Origin: Felis catus
Lineage: Eukaryota
Assembly: GCF_018350175.1 (NCBI RefSeq)
Contig: NC_058368.1
Location: 237,524,001 to 237,588,000 of the forward strand
DNA length: 64,000 nucleotides
Direction of reading: 5' to 3'
Below the pieces are notes generated by a model, which ran no database searches, was not told the DNA's origin, and saw nothing but the letters and a program-made list of their open reading frames with translations. Positions 35,201 to 48,689 of this stretch are shown here, one piece after another. The translations under genes were made by a program, and so were the position numbers. Each line of letters begins with the position of its first letter. Position 1 is the first letter of the stretch.

Positions 35201-38200
35201 TCTTTTCAAATGATTTTTAGTTTTGACTTTAATGAAAATATGAAGGAACACTTTTCTAATACAGGGTAATCATGATGAGAATGGAAAGATAAATGTGTCC
35301 TCCAGGTTCCCGGGAGAGACCACGTGAAAAAGCAGGACCCAGGCAGCAAGAGACAAGAAACATCAGGATTTTCTTCAAAGACCAAAACAGCTGGAAGAAA
35401 GCCACGCACATATACGTATTTTTAAATAAGAGGCGGTAAAAGGCACAGGGCATGAAATCACGTAAACCATAGACTTCATTTTATTAAAAATGTACGTGCA
35501 GGAAAAACACTGAAATACAGCATCTGAAACATTAATGGGCCAGTCAAATTAGGCAGGTGATCCACTGCCGTTTTCAGGTTGTTGATCAAGAGTGGGTACG
35601 TTTCTAACCGCAAACTGAGCCTGAACCTAACTAATGCTGAATATGTGCAGATCTAGTTTGTTCATTGTCTGTTTATTTACGTGTTATTCATATGTATCCG
35701 GTAATTACATATCCAGTCACAAAAACTGGGGGAAGGCCCCTTGGCTGGCTGTGTGCTTGTAATCATTTCCGGAGCCGTGCAGTTTGCTGGTGACTTGGAC
35801 TGGGTCGTGGACAGCGGTGTCCCTGAGTGGTGACGGGTCCCCGCCGGCACACCGCGCTGTGCTCGGAGCACCGGGCATCTCCAGCACGCCCCGGGCCGTG
35901 CAGAGAACCGGCGTGCAACACGGCCCGGGCCTCAGACACTTGGGCTTCTGCCGGGGCTGCCAGCGGACCTGGGCCTGGAAGGGGGGAGGGGCGCCCCACG
36001 CTCACACAGTCACTCGGCAAACACTCTCCGGGCAGCCGCCCCGGGGGTGAATGTTGCAGTGCGCACTCTGGGCGACTGTCCCACGGGCTCTCCTCGCTCC
36101 AGGCTTCCGGGCAGCACAAGCGGGTCACCGGGAGTGTCCACAGGCACGGTGTCTCCATGTGTGCAAACTGAACCGGTTTTCCAGGAGAAAACGTGCCCTT
36201 TGCTCCGAGCCTGACGGTGAGCGTCTGGGTGAGAAGGGGCTCCCCAGCCTTCCAGCGAGGTCATCGGGCCCGGCAGGTGCACGTTGGGCTCACCGGTGCC
36301 AGGGACAGCCGCGGCGGGCGTGGGGACCTGAGGCCGAAGCACGGGGGTAGCAGAGTGAGGGCCGAGTGTCCTGATGCACCTCCCCCTCCGCTTGTCACCC
36401 CTCCCAGGGGGGTGCTCACACACATGAGTAAATGGCATTGCCTCCAACGTGATATGTTGGTGACTCTCGTCCTTAGCGTGCAGCTGTATCTCCTGTGGTT
36501 CCGTGTTGTCCTTGAACACCTGGAGGGGCCTGTTCAGCTGGGGGGGGGAGGGGCACACGGAGGTGGGGACGCTCTCTTCTAGTTGAAAGAAGCAGATGGA
36601 CTAGGAGCATGGCCCAGAGCGACAGGGACACGGGGTCAGCAGTGGTCGCTTCTCGTCAGCGTGGAGGGTGACTGGGCGGAGGAAGGTCGGGTGCAGCTGG
36701 ACCGGGTCGGTGCCCAGGAGCTCGCCAGTCGGAGCGCGAGCCTGGCCGCCCGTCCCCTGTGACGGATCATGTCCATGCCACCACGGCATTTTCTCACGTG
36801 CTTTCTTCCGCTGCCTTGTCTTTCTTTACACGGCAGAAAGGTGCATTTTCTGAGACTGGGATCCGAACTCTGCTCTGAATCCCCCTTCCACAGCCGCGCC
36901 CGCCAAGAGCCCCCAGAAGTGCCTCAGAGGCCCCTCCGAGCAGCCGATGTGCACATTGGACCCGAGACCCTCCCGGGAGAAGTGGGGCGTGTGCTTATGA
37001 CCCGGTCCTCTGGTGATGTGTCCCCTTCGGGTGAGGTGGCCGAGGCCTGTGTGCCGTCCCCTGTACTGGCCTGGGGCCGGCTGGAGACAGCCGTGCTGGG
37101 GTCCCACCCCCCCCACCCGTGGGAGGATGCTCATCTCCTGCGGGGCTCCTTCAAGGGCTCAGTCCTGCCCCTGGACGTCTGAGCTGGTGAACAGGAAGAC
37201 TGACCCCCAAGCAGGGTCTCCTCCATTGGATTGACAGATGCAAACACATGTTGCTTCCATGCTGTCCAAATCTAAGCTTTTAAGAGAAGAAGTTTCACGT
37301 TTTGTCACCCACAAGGCTCGGTGTACTTTACGCCCGGCCCACGTGGCCCCTGCCCCGTTTAGCTGCCCGTGTGACCCCAGGACTTGGCCACCCGGAAGAA
37401 GTAGGTCATGGACAGCGACTCCCATCAGTGATGAACATCGTGGCCCAGATCGTGGCCCGGACGTGACACGTGCTCCTCCCATAGCCTGTCTAATAGGAAC
37501 CCTTTCCTGCTGGTGTGACGGCCCATTTCCGACGTGCTCGACGGGAGGGTGCAGAACCCCCCCAGCGGGGCAAGGAAACTTCCGGAGAGCCTACCGTGTT
37601 TGGCATGAGTGGGTTGAGACCCTTCTTAACACATTTCACTTGTGATCTTTTAAAGCTGTCAGACCAGAATGATTTTCAGTCACTTTGCTCTGGATTGGAT
37701 TTAAAATCATGTCCCAAAGGTAGCAGATTAATAGATTAAAAAGGCGAAGTATTAATCTAGTGCATCGTCCTGTCTCCTTACCCGTGAGATACAGTATACC
37801 TGTCACACGGCTGTGGCACTTCTTCGATGAGGCGTCAACGGGCTCAGAGCCGGCTTCTGAGACACGCGGCCGCTGGCCGTGCGGACCCGCAGGCCCCTGG
37901 TGTGACCGGACGTGGGGGGACAGGCGTGTCCGACATCCCTGTCGACCCACCGGCTTCAAAACTGGTTCTTTGGTCAGTGCTGTGACCCGCTGCGTTGATC
38001 TTCTCTACTGTCTTGAAAGAAGTAAATAGAATTCTTCACTGTCTCATGCCTGATTCCCAAGGAGAGCAGAGGGAGGTGTTAAAGACCTCATTCCCGCCGA
38101 CACTTTGCCTTTAAAGATTTGTGGTAAAAATGAGAGTCTGGATTAACAGCAGCCTGAAACCTGTAAACCCGGCTGAACGCTGGCCGGGGCCGCGTGGGGA

Positions 38201-41200
38201 GAGGAGTTTGCGAATTCCGGGCTGTGTCCCTGGGAGGCCGAGGTTTTCCTACTTCCTCCTACGTTTTGCAGTTTGGTGGCCAATTTCTGGAGCCCAAGTG
38301 GGAATTCTGTACCAGAGCAGAAATGGGCAGAATTTTCCTCCTCCCCCAGTTGAGACAAAACTCATCCCATCGGACAAGCACTCGTGTGCGGACTAGACGG
38401 GTCCCCTCCGTGCGTCCACACTGCAGCACTCTGGGCCCGGTGCCTTGCAGGGCACCTACGTGCACACTCCTGCACAGAGCACACGCCCTCCGCGCACACC
38501 CGCCTGGGTCCCCTGCCATGTGAGTAAACCATCTTAGCCCAGATCCCGCACCCCCAGCCCCCTTTCCCCAGAGCCAGGCACACAGCAGGTGCATAATAAG
38601 AGCTCCACACACAGAGGCACGTTTGGGTGAATCTACGCCCTACCTACCTAGGGTCCGCTGGCTCGTTTGGGAACAAACTTCATACACCACAGAGGAACAC
38701 TTTGGCAACTCACACGGATTTTTCTAGAACATTTTCTGGGCTTGCTTTATAGAAAGTGTGCAAGACTTTGTACTTCAGACACTACCTTCAGAGGAACGCC
38801 TCCTTATGCGAGATGACTAGAGGGCGAGACCCCCACGGCCAACACTGCCTTTGTACTGAGAACAAGCACCCACCACGAAAAATCCACGTAAGATTTTGAT
38901 TTCTGAAGCTCAGGCAACTCCAAGGCGTGTTTTCCTCTCCTGAAAATTCAGAAACAAAAAATCCTTCCAGGGGCCCCTCAGCGGTCGCGCCCCCTAAATC
39001 ATGAGGATGTCTGAAGTCTTGTGTCACAGGGGCCATATTTTCTATGGTGTTCTTTCAAAGTATGTCTCTGGAAAAGTACTTTGGGAGGCAGAATCTGAAA
39101 GCCTTAGAAATTATTATTATTTTCCTTTCCCCAGGAAGCAATGGGGCAGAACGGCGCTGGAGGCCGCGTGCCAAGTGTTGTCCCTGCAGGGCCCCCAGCA
39201 TCTTGTCTGAAGGCTCCCACAGCTGGGTCCTAGCACGAGGGTTCCGCGTGTGTCACACGTGAAATCCCGTGACGCGGTTGTTTGTGTGATGGATAAGGTA
39301 TGAGGAGGACGCGGGCCGGCGTGGCCATTCTAGTCCCTGCCTCTGCGGGGTGGCGAGGCTGGCCGGGCTCCCCGAGACTCTGGGACACACAGGACGCCGG
39401 GGAGGGGCCCAGGCACGGGGGCCGGACCCTCCTCCGGCGAGCCCGGCTGCCAGGACACAGGGCCGCGGCGGGTGTCGGAGGGCGGCGTCCCTCAGGACTT
39501 TTGGTGCCGGGAGAGGCGATTGCCTGCGAGGCCATCTGGGCTCCACCTGCCGTCCCGCTGGCCCCTTCAGAGAGTCACGCTGCTCTCTCGTCACCACTGC
39601 CTACGGAAGCTGGGCGCTCGTCTTCCAGACATGATCGTGCTGTGAGTGCAAACACGTGACCTCCTTAGGGCCACGCGTCTCTGCCGTGGTGCTGACTGTG
39701 ACAGCGAATGTTGCTGTGTGAGCTGCTGGACGCGTGACCCCGAAGCGTCAGATGGCCTCGCTCCACTGCTTCCCAGCCGCTGTGGCCCCCGGGGCCACCA
39801 CTATGAGAGGGGCGACAGCCACCCCCCAGGGTGACAGCCGAGAAGGAACGGGCGGACGTCCCCTGGGACACGGTGCCTGGGGAAGAGGCCCCGGCCGACG
39901 CTGGCCGAGGCGGTCATTTGGGAAGGTGGGGACGGCCCAGAGACGCACGTGGGGCAGGCACGCTGCACCTGATGCACGTCAGGGGACAGTGAAGCCTGCT
40001 CCTGTGCCCTTGACGGCCATGAGGTCACGCTGTACGGGAGACCTGCTGTCCTTCCTCTCAAAAGTGCGTTTTTCAGACCCAGTCACCCTGCAGTTAAAGC
40101 TGGAGCGTTTGCCGCTCGCCTGGGCACTTGACCGTCGGACTTAGGGTCTTCCTCGTCCCGAGGGAGCTCCCCCGTCCGGTCACTGCCCCTTCTCATGCCC
40201 AGCCCGACCGAAGCCTGTAGGTCGGACCCTCCCCCCCAAGGTGACGGTGCTCCGGGGGGGCCGTTGGGAGGTGACGGGTTCTTGGGACAGGTGGGATCGG
40301 CACCCACAGAGCTTCCTGTGCGGGAGGACCCAGCAAGGGGAGGGCTACCGTGTGCAACACCAGAACCCACCCCTGCGGGCACCTGGATGTTGGACTCTCG
40401 GCTTCCAGACCCGTGTGCAAAAATCCCCGCTGTTCGTAGGCCCCCTGGTCTGTGGAACGTTGGTAGGACAGTCTAGACAGATACGACCCTCAAGCTCTGA
40501 GGTTCCAGGTGGATGTGTGTCCTCGGGGTGGGGGGGGCACTGAGTGGCCCCCTACAGGAGGATTCCACTGAAGGTGCCTTAGCCAGGGGTCAGAAGGATC
40601 ATAGGCACGTGACCCCGCACGGGCCCTGGCACATCGGGGAGGCGTCCTCTTCCGCTCTGACACTTGTCCCCAAGCAGAGCAGGGCAGAGCGACGAGGTTT
40701 GTTCTACTTTCTGTCAATACGTTCACTGTTTTCTAAGGCCCACCCACATCGTCATAAGAAATTTCTCGTGTGTACATTTCTGTCACATTTTGGGGCAGAC
40801 TTTAGTTTGCATTTTTGCCTTGGGAATTTGAAACTATCTGAGAATCCCCTGAGCAAAGGGGCTCATTTTAGATGGAGAGCCACTGCTTTGAAAACCCTGG
40901 TCCCGGCAGAACAAAGCGTTCTTGCATGAGGAAGGCTCGCGCAGCCTCGTTGCACGTATCTCGGAGGGCCGGGGGCTTGACCTGGGCCTCCCCTGCGCCT
41001 CGGCTTGTGCTCGTCTACAGTGTGAACCGATAAAAACAGACTCCCCCGTGGTAGCGGGGGCACTGGATAAGCGCTGTGCTGAAACCCCAGAGGAGAGGTT
41101 CGCACGGAGCCTGCGTGAGAGCCACGCCGATCTGGAAGAGGCCCAGCCGTGGTGAGCCCGTGGCGACCCCCAGCTCTGTCCCTGGGCGGCCCGGTCCCCC

Positions 41201-43393
41201 TGCCCCGTTCTGAAACCAGCCCCATCGGCAAGTGGCGAGCCCCCCGGGGCACCCTGCGGTCCTCGTGTGAATAGTTTCAGGGAAGAACACGATTTGCCCA
41301 GAACATCCAGGACTCTGGCTGTCTCGCCTTTGAAGACTTTGGGAAATTCAGATAGCATGTGACGTCCAGTGCCATAATTTATACTTCAGAAGATACTGAT
41401 GTGGGGAAATGTAATTCTGGCATATTTATTGGCAATGGTTGGACTCTTCTCCCTGTGACACATCTGTAGATGATTTCCCTCCACGATCTGTTCCGGGGTT
41501 TCCTGGGTATCAAGGCCCCAGCACATCTGCCTGCCGCATGAGCTCGGGGGAGCGCCCGCCTGCCCCCAGGCCAGCCTCCCACCCCACCCCCGCCCCCCTC
41601 GCCCTGGAACGGCCTTGTCCTCTGCCTGCCACCTGAAGGGACGGATTTCACACGCAGAAGGGTGGGGGTGGCGAAAACACTGTTCCTTCTGCAAGATCAT
41701 TCTATTTTTTCCTTGCTGCGTTTCGATCTCATTTGCCAATGCAGTGGGATCAGTGATGGGGCATGTGGGTAACAATGTTGGGTTAATATCGGGCCATTCT
41801 TCAGAGAGCCCCGGGTCGCACCGTTCACAGCCTAAAGACCGTCGGATTTGGCCAAACTCACTGTCCAGAGGGGGTTGCTGTCCCAGGCTGTGTGCACGTT
41901 GCCCAGGGGTCCCTCACGAAGCAGGATGTGCCTCTCCTGACAATGGCCCGTCTGACCCTCCTCAGAATCCGTGGCCAGGGGGTCACCCCTCACTGCCCTC
42001 ACTCAGTGCCGGCATGCTTCCTTGTCAGCATCACTGATGATCGGGTTTGGAGGCCAGTTCTAGAAGCTCAGAGGGTCTGGCCAGGCAGGTGACACGCCTA
42101 CCCAAACCAGAGAGGCATGTGAGTGATTAGTAACATGGAGGCAACAGGGCTCTGCCTGGCTTCCAGTTTCCACGCAAGAGGCAGAGGAAGTGTGTGAGAA
42201 GAAAAAACGGCTCTTGTCACGCAAGAGGCAGACAGAAAAAACAAAAGCTAAAACTGGTGAAAAAACCCCACCTGGACAGGTGCTCTTGTGAGAGTGGAAA
42301 CTCAGTGTCTCTGGTCCAGGCTGCTGTGACTGCCGTCCCCAGCCGGTGTCCAGGGCTCCCAGCAGGTGACATCAGCAGGTGCATGGGGATGGGCAGACTG
42401 AGCTTGTCTCCAGGGGGGTAGGGTCCTCCTAGCTTTCACAGTTGACATCGGGACTTCAGTCCCACACGGACACCCAGGAACCCTCTGACTGCAGCCAAGA
42501 TGAGCCTGTGGGGATGAGGTCAAGGTGCTCGGTGTGGGATGTCCAGGTCTGTCCCCATGAGGGTGGGGCTGTGGTGTGCCTCCCGTCTCACATCCCCATC
42601 TGTCCCCTTGGGAAGACTCCAGGCCACCGGGCAATGCCACTGGTCACCTGTGGCTCCAGGCTGCTTCCATTCCCACGGACAGAGGAGATCTGAACATCAC
42701 AGCTGCTCAGAGTCTTGGGTGGGGCTGTTCCCTCTTTGTGCGCTGTCTGCCTCGTGGGCAAACAGAAAGCTTTTTGTATCATTGTTAGATTCACTCTTCC
42801 TGGTGATTCTGCAAGATGGGCAGGCAGCTGGGGGCACTGGCCCCAATGGTCGGCAGTGAATGTGCAGCAGAGATCATTCCCTGCAGACGTGACTCCACAT
42901 TCCTGCCATGTGAGTCCGCACAGGACTTGGCCCAGCAACTTGTAAAGAAGGAAAGACAGAGCCAGCGACTGAGAGGGAATGTTACTGTTCACAGCCCTTG
43001 ATTCCATCAAGTCACATGGGAACAGAAGGAACAGGGCAAAGGGACAAACCCACGCACACAAGGTCACGGGGCCGGCTGTCGAGGTCGGGACCGCGTGGGT
43101 TGCTGCCTGGCCCTTATCTCCAAGCCTTGACAGCTTCCACAGAATCTCGGGAGAGGCAGAGAGAAGGACAGAAGGAAAGAAAGAAGGAAACACAGGGGGA
43201 GGAACGAGGGATGGCAGGAGGGGAGAACCTCCTGGAAATGAGAGAACAGGTTTTGTTGGAGGCACAGGCTTCATTCCAACACAGATGGCCTCTCCCTGCT
43301 GCTGACTGAGTGCCACAGCACTGAGCTCCTGCAGAGGTGGGAGATCAGAGACCACGTCTAGTTCCTGGAAGCAAAGGTCAGGAGCATCATGTG

Positions 43394-43899
43394 AGGACTG
43401 TGGGATCAGGGATCAGTGTCAAGACTGTGGGATCGGGGATTAGTACCAGGACTGCAGGATCGGGGATCAGTGCCAGGACTTTGGGATCAGGCATCAGCAC
43501 CAGGACTATGGGATCAAGGATCAGCACCAGGACTGCGGGATTAGGGATCAGTGCCAGGACTAAGGGATCAGGGATCAGCACCAGGACTGGAGGATCAGGC
43601 ATCAGCACCAGGACTTTGGGATCAGGCATCAGCACCAGGACTATGGGATCAAGGATCAGCACCAGGACTGTGGGATTGAGGATCAGCACCAGGACTGGAG
43701 GATCAGGGATCAGTGCCAGGACTTTGGGATCAGGCATCAGCACCAGGACTATAGGATCAAGGATCAGCACCAGGACTGTGGGATTGGGGATCAGTGCCAG
43801 GACTAAGGGATCAGGGATCAGCACCAGGATTGTGGGATCGGGGATCAGTGCCAGGACTGCAGGATCAGGGATCAGCGCCAGGACTATCAAGGATCAGCA
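43394..43899. repeat. Minisatellite, 27-bp unit x ~18.5
   Basis: Consensus AGGACT(G/T/A)TGGGATCAGGGATCAG(CAC/TGC)C, with an unbroken 27-bp phase from 43394 to 43880. Confidence 0.97.
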
Positions 43900-44287
43900 T
43901 AGTGAGTCACTGCAGGCGGTGGACACTCCTGAGGGGCGGCCTCTCAGTCTCTGATGCACTGGCACAGCTGGCTTCTCACACAGAGGGACTAAGCTCTGGG
44001 TGACCAGCGCATGGCCCTGCCGTGGGCTGTTCAGGGGCTGGGTGGGACAGACGGGAGCCACTGACACCGAGGCTCACCTTCCCTCCTGGCGCGGCCACCT
44101 GCTGCTTGCCCCCCAGACTGCTTGTCTCTGCCGTCTCCTACACGTGGCCCCAGGGCTGCCCCTGCACGTGGCTCGTGTGTCAGCATGCACTTCAACTTGT
44201 CTGTGCAGTTGTCCAGTGTCCAGTCCCCAGGGCAACGCCAGGGGCCCTGGGCTGCTTCGTGGGGCACTGTGTCCTCATATGACTTTT

Positions 44288-44500
44288 TGTATTCATCTTC
44301 TAGAACTTCTATAATAGAGTCCCACGGGTTTGGGGGCCTCCAACAGCAGAACTTTATTCTCTCACACCTGGAGGCCAAGAGTCCAAAATCGAGGTGTTGG
44401 CATGACCACACTCCCTGGGGAGACTCTACGGGGGGGACCCCTCTTTGCCTCTTCCAGCGGCCGTTGTTCCCTGGCTGGTGCCTGACCTTGGAGATTCCTT
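44288..44500 (-). mobile_element. MaLR LTR 3' part (MLT1B-E-like)
   Basis: CAACAGCAGAACTTTATTCTCTCACACCTGGAGGCCAAGAGTCCAAAATCGAGGTGTTGGCA, a typical antisense MLT1 LTR. Confidence 0.8.
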
Positions 44501-44599
44501 TTCCCTCATGTCTGCGCTGGGATCGCAGACCAGGGTGATTTGCCCTCTTCAAGGTGCTTCGTGCCATGGTGGCCTGTGGGCCACAGAGCCTCATATGCG

Positions 44600-46275
44600 A
44601 TGGCACAGGGTCCACACTGACTGTGCCAATGAACCAGGGAAACCTGACAATTTCCTGTGGACCAGCTTCAGAAATCAAAACCATCCTTTCTGCTGTATTC
44701 GTAGCCAAAACAGGCAAATGCTCCTCCAGATTTCAGAGGGTCATAGACTCTGTATCTGAATGGGAGGACTGTTGAAGAAATTCGTGGCCATTTTTATTAA
44801 AAAGACTCTAACAGTCTACTCTCTGGTCACAAGTTATTTACATTCTGTCCCTGTGCAGACTCGTTCGAGACCATTCTCAATCATCCTGGCAACAGGATCA
44901 GGGTCCGCGTGAGGATGAGGTTTCTGTGGGTGGCTCCTCTCAATCTGGAGACCTGGGTTCAAAGGGGCCAATCTCTGTTTTCTGTAAGAAATGAACTGAG
45001 TTTGTAACTGAATACTCTTCTCGGTCTATTTCCTGATGTCAAAGGTAGCTCCAAAATACTCTTTTCAATTGTGGGCTGTGTCTATATTACGTCAGTCTGA
45101 GTTGATATCATTCCCTTAAAAACATTGTGGGTTTCCCCTGTATCATCTCATGTTTATTCCATTAGTCAAAAGCCACACCCACAAACACTTCAAGACAAAT
45201 CCTCCTCTTGAGCATAAAGTGGGAAAACAACCAGAAACATTTTAGACACCCTATCGTTTAACACACAGGCTTGTGACCTGACATTCTTGAAAGACTTGCT
45301 GGTTCGAAAGGGTCTATAAAGCACTGCTTTAAATCTTTTTCTGGAGAGGCTGAAAATGGGTCATAGTTTATTCTCAAAGCCAGCAAGCCCTGCCTATTTA
45401 TATATTTTTTTCTAAATGCTGCTTGAAGACGGAGTAATTCCATCTCTAACTCATCATCCTTTAACCGTACCTTATAATATTCAGCTGAGAAAAAATTGGT
45501 GATTTTAGCATTCCGCCTAAAAATGTCCTTCAACGAACCCACCTCCTTATTGCGTACATTTGCTATTTGCTCCACTATTTCAGGCAACATTTTGCTAAAA
45601 TTTCCATCACTAAAGAGCAAAGGTCTGCATTCCTCAGATAATATTGCCTTCGCCTTTTACTGGGTTTTCACTGAGAGACACCTGCTGTTACAACTGCCTG
45701 GCTTCTGCTAACAGCCTCCTCAGGCCTCTCTAGTTCCCTCCAAACCCAAACTGACTCAGTGTATTTTAGGTTTTTATTATGGCAGCACCCCCCCCCCCAG
45801 ATTCCACACACTGTTGACACAGAAAAGAATCCCCGAAAACAGCGACCGGTCTAAACCATTTTATTTTGCTAATATATTCGGGGAATCAGGAGTTTAAACA
45901 GGACACAGAGGAGACAGTGTGCCTCTGATCTTCAATGTCTGGGACCTTCAGTTCCAACTGGCCCCATAGGAAGGGAGGACAAAATGATCTGAAGCCGAAT
46001 TTAGCAAAGCTGTCTGGGCCCGGAACCGTCAGCCACAATGCTTCTGTGCGGCTGGCCTTCTCGGGCCTGCCGGGTTCTCCGACTCCAGGGCTCAAAAGAG
46101 CCGATAAGCTGCATTGTGTGCTTTCAACGAGCCTTAGATGGCATGGAATGTGCCTCTGCTCCTCCGTGAGGGCTGAAGGAGACACTAGCCACCCGAGATT
46201 TAAGAGGAGGGGACTGCATCCCACACCTCAAAGGGAGGAACAACAAAGACTCCTGTGGCTGCCTTTTCTTTCCCT
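44600..46275 (-). mobile_element. MaLR (MLT1F/G/H-like) LTR-internal-LTR relic
   Basis: Similar LTR-type motifs (CCAGATTT..GAGGG...GGGAGGA...GTGGC) occur near 44725-44795 and 46190-46265. The internal region runs ~44814-45812 and ends GTATTTTAGGTTTTTATTATGGCAGCACCCC. A MaLR-ORF-like peptide lies at 45258-45620(-). Boundaries are approximate. Confidence 0.65.
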
Positions 46276-47675
46276 TTGGAGCTGCCCGGCGCATTCTGCC
46301 AAATTTAGACCGACCAAACCAATCCCAAATAGTGAAACTGCCAGAGAGTCAAGGGCAGGAATTACTTTCTATTCAGTCGTTAATGGAATTCATCCCTCCA
46401 TCCGTCCATCCGTCCGTCCACCCATCCGGCCACCCGCCCACGTACACGTGGGCTTATCCAACATCTGAGTCCCCGCTGTGCAGCTCCCACGACAGGCCGC
46501 ACAGAGCCGGGCCCCCTGAGACCCTGGCCACCCCTTTTCGTCCCCACTGGCTCTGCTCTGTCTCAGGAGACCCTCCTGCTCCAAGGGGACTGTGAAATCC
46601 TCTTCAGGGCCTCTTCCGTAAAAGCCTCCCACCTGTTGTCCACCAGCGACTAGAAAGTTCTCTGTAAGATGCACGATGGGCTACGCTTTCTCTGGTTCAC
46701 AATGTTTCAGGGTCTAGCGGCTTCCTGCCCTGGAGGGTCCCCCAAAGCCCCGGCGATTTGGGCTTGCCCCTCTGCCCGGTCTCGGGATCTCAGCCACTCC
46801 TTCCTCTAGCTCCGGGCCTGATGCACAAGCTCCTCCGGGTTTCGAGGGCCCCCCTCACCCTCTCCCTCTCTCCCTCCCGTCCTGCTCCCACCTCCCACCA
46901 TAAACACCTCTCCCCTTTGGAGCCATTTTTCACTCCCAGGGTAGACCCGGTGGTGTCCCACGCAGGCGTTTTCCTGTGCCCGCGTCCAAGTCCGTGGCCG
47001 TGGCTGGACTCCACCGAGGGCAGGTCAACGTGCCAGGCCTTGTGCCAAGCAGCGCTCAGTCAGCTTCTGTCCGACTGTTTCAGGAAGGGCTCCTTCACAT
47101 GACTGTGGTCCCTTCAGTGCAGGGGAGCCTGCTGGCTGAGGGGGAGGGGCCCGCCCCTGGGGGCCCCACGTTGGTTCCCCGCCTTGTCCTGACCTTGGAG
47201 GAGGTCGCCCGCTCCGCCGGGCATGGGGAGGAGACGGAGACGGGATCAAAGTGCCGAGCGCCGTGCAGGGGCTGCTGGGAACCCAAGTTCTTTACCCACG
47301 TGCTCTGCGGGAGGCAGGCTCTTAGGGCTCAGAGGAGTAAGGCTGGGAGGGGTGAGGCGGGAGAGTCGGCGGGGGTGGCTGGCCTGCGGCCTGCAGGAGC
47401 ACCGACTGTTGGTCAATGTCACGGGAACGGGATCCGTGCTCACAGGTCACAGCTTGCCACGGAGGGACTCAGGCGTCACACCGCATATCCACAGCCAAGG
47501 AGCGCTACACGGGGGCAGGGGGGCTGCGTGTGGGCCTGTCCCCGTGGCGGGGACCAGCGTAACCTTACAAGTCTGCTGGGAACGCGTGTGGCCACTCTTC
47601 CCAGGGCCGAAGGGACCCGCGTGAACTCAGGCTTTGAGTCCAGGTGGTGACCCAGCCCTGAGTCAGGTGTTCTTG

Positions 47676-47746
47676 TCCCCCGTTGGCATGTGGGGAAACT
47701 GAGTCCAGGGAGAGCAGGCCACGTGACGAGTCTCACATCCAGCCAA
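47676..47746 (-). mobile_element. MIR core fragment
   Basis: CCCGTTGGCATGTGGGGAAACTGAGTCCAGGGAGAG...GTGACGAGTCTCACATCCAGC resembles the MIR core. Confidence 0.55.
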
Positions 47747-48689
47747 AGACGCAGTCCGAATGGGCACCCAGTTCTGACGCCCCGCAGCCCACGCGAGGTG
47801 CCTGGCCAGGGGGTGCCAAGGGTGGTCGGTCTGAAGGTCATCGTGGGAATGGACGCTTTCGCACCCCGAGGGGAAGGTCAGAGTCGCCGTCCCGGGCAGG
47901 GCCCCTCCCCCGCCTACTCCCGGAGCTGGAGTTTGTCGCGGTGACACGGAGTCTGCAAGCAGGAGCCCCCATCCAGCCGGAGCTCACCCGCCCCCCCGAA
48001 GCCGGGTCTTCCCCGGCCGGGCAGGAGGGCAGGGGGACCCTCTCCAGCGCGGACGGAGCCTCCTGCCTGCTGCTCGGCACGGCACCGGCTGGCGGCTTCG
48101 ACAGGTGTGCCTTTGTCCTTGCTGCCGACTGGGCCCCCCCGGATCCTCGCGGGGGGCGCCTCCCCACCGCGGCTGCGGGTTCCGTGCACCGGTGTGAACC
48201 TGTGCTTCCTTGGAGCCGTTTCTCCTCGACGAGCTTGGTGGGGGGGGGGTCTTGTCAAGGTGGGGTGACCCTTCACAGAGGGAGCTTTGCTGTCCCCGCC
48301 CCGCTGGCTATTACGGCACCAGATGTATTTAATTATCACCACGCAGGCTGAACACCCAGCCTCGCCGTTTCCCCTGTAGCAAGATGATGTGTGCGTGTGT
48401 GTGAAAAAACGTAAACAGATTGTATAACAAAGTGTTCTCTAGCTGTCAGCAAGAGCTTTGAAAATAAAACACTTCCCTCCCAACTCACAATTGGCTGGCA
48501 GTCGGCACATAATGAATAATCGCTCCGGGGACCCGCGGAAAGATGTGTGGGAAAACTTTAATTAAAAGCTTGTCAGTACAATTTTACCTGGGTGACATCA
48601 CCCGCGTGAAATGCCGCTGCGGGCTTTGTTGTCTGTGGGATCGCGGGGCACACTCTTGTTTTGCTGACAGCAAACAATTGAGAAAGGCC

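Noticed and set aside
43337..43954. 205-aa repeat protein and antisense 167-aa hydrophobic ORF, or a CRISPR-like array
   Set aside because: Translation of a 27-bp tandem unit. There are no unique spacers or cas genes, and the context is mammalian.
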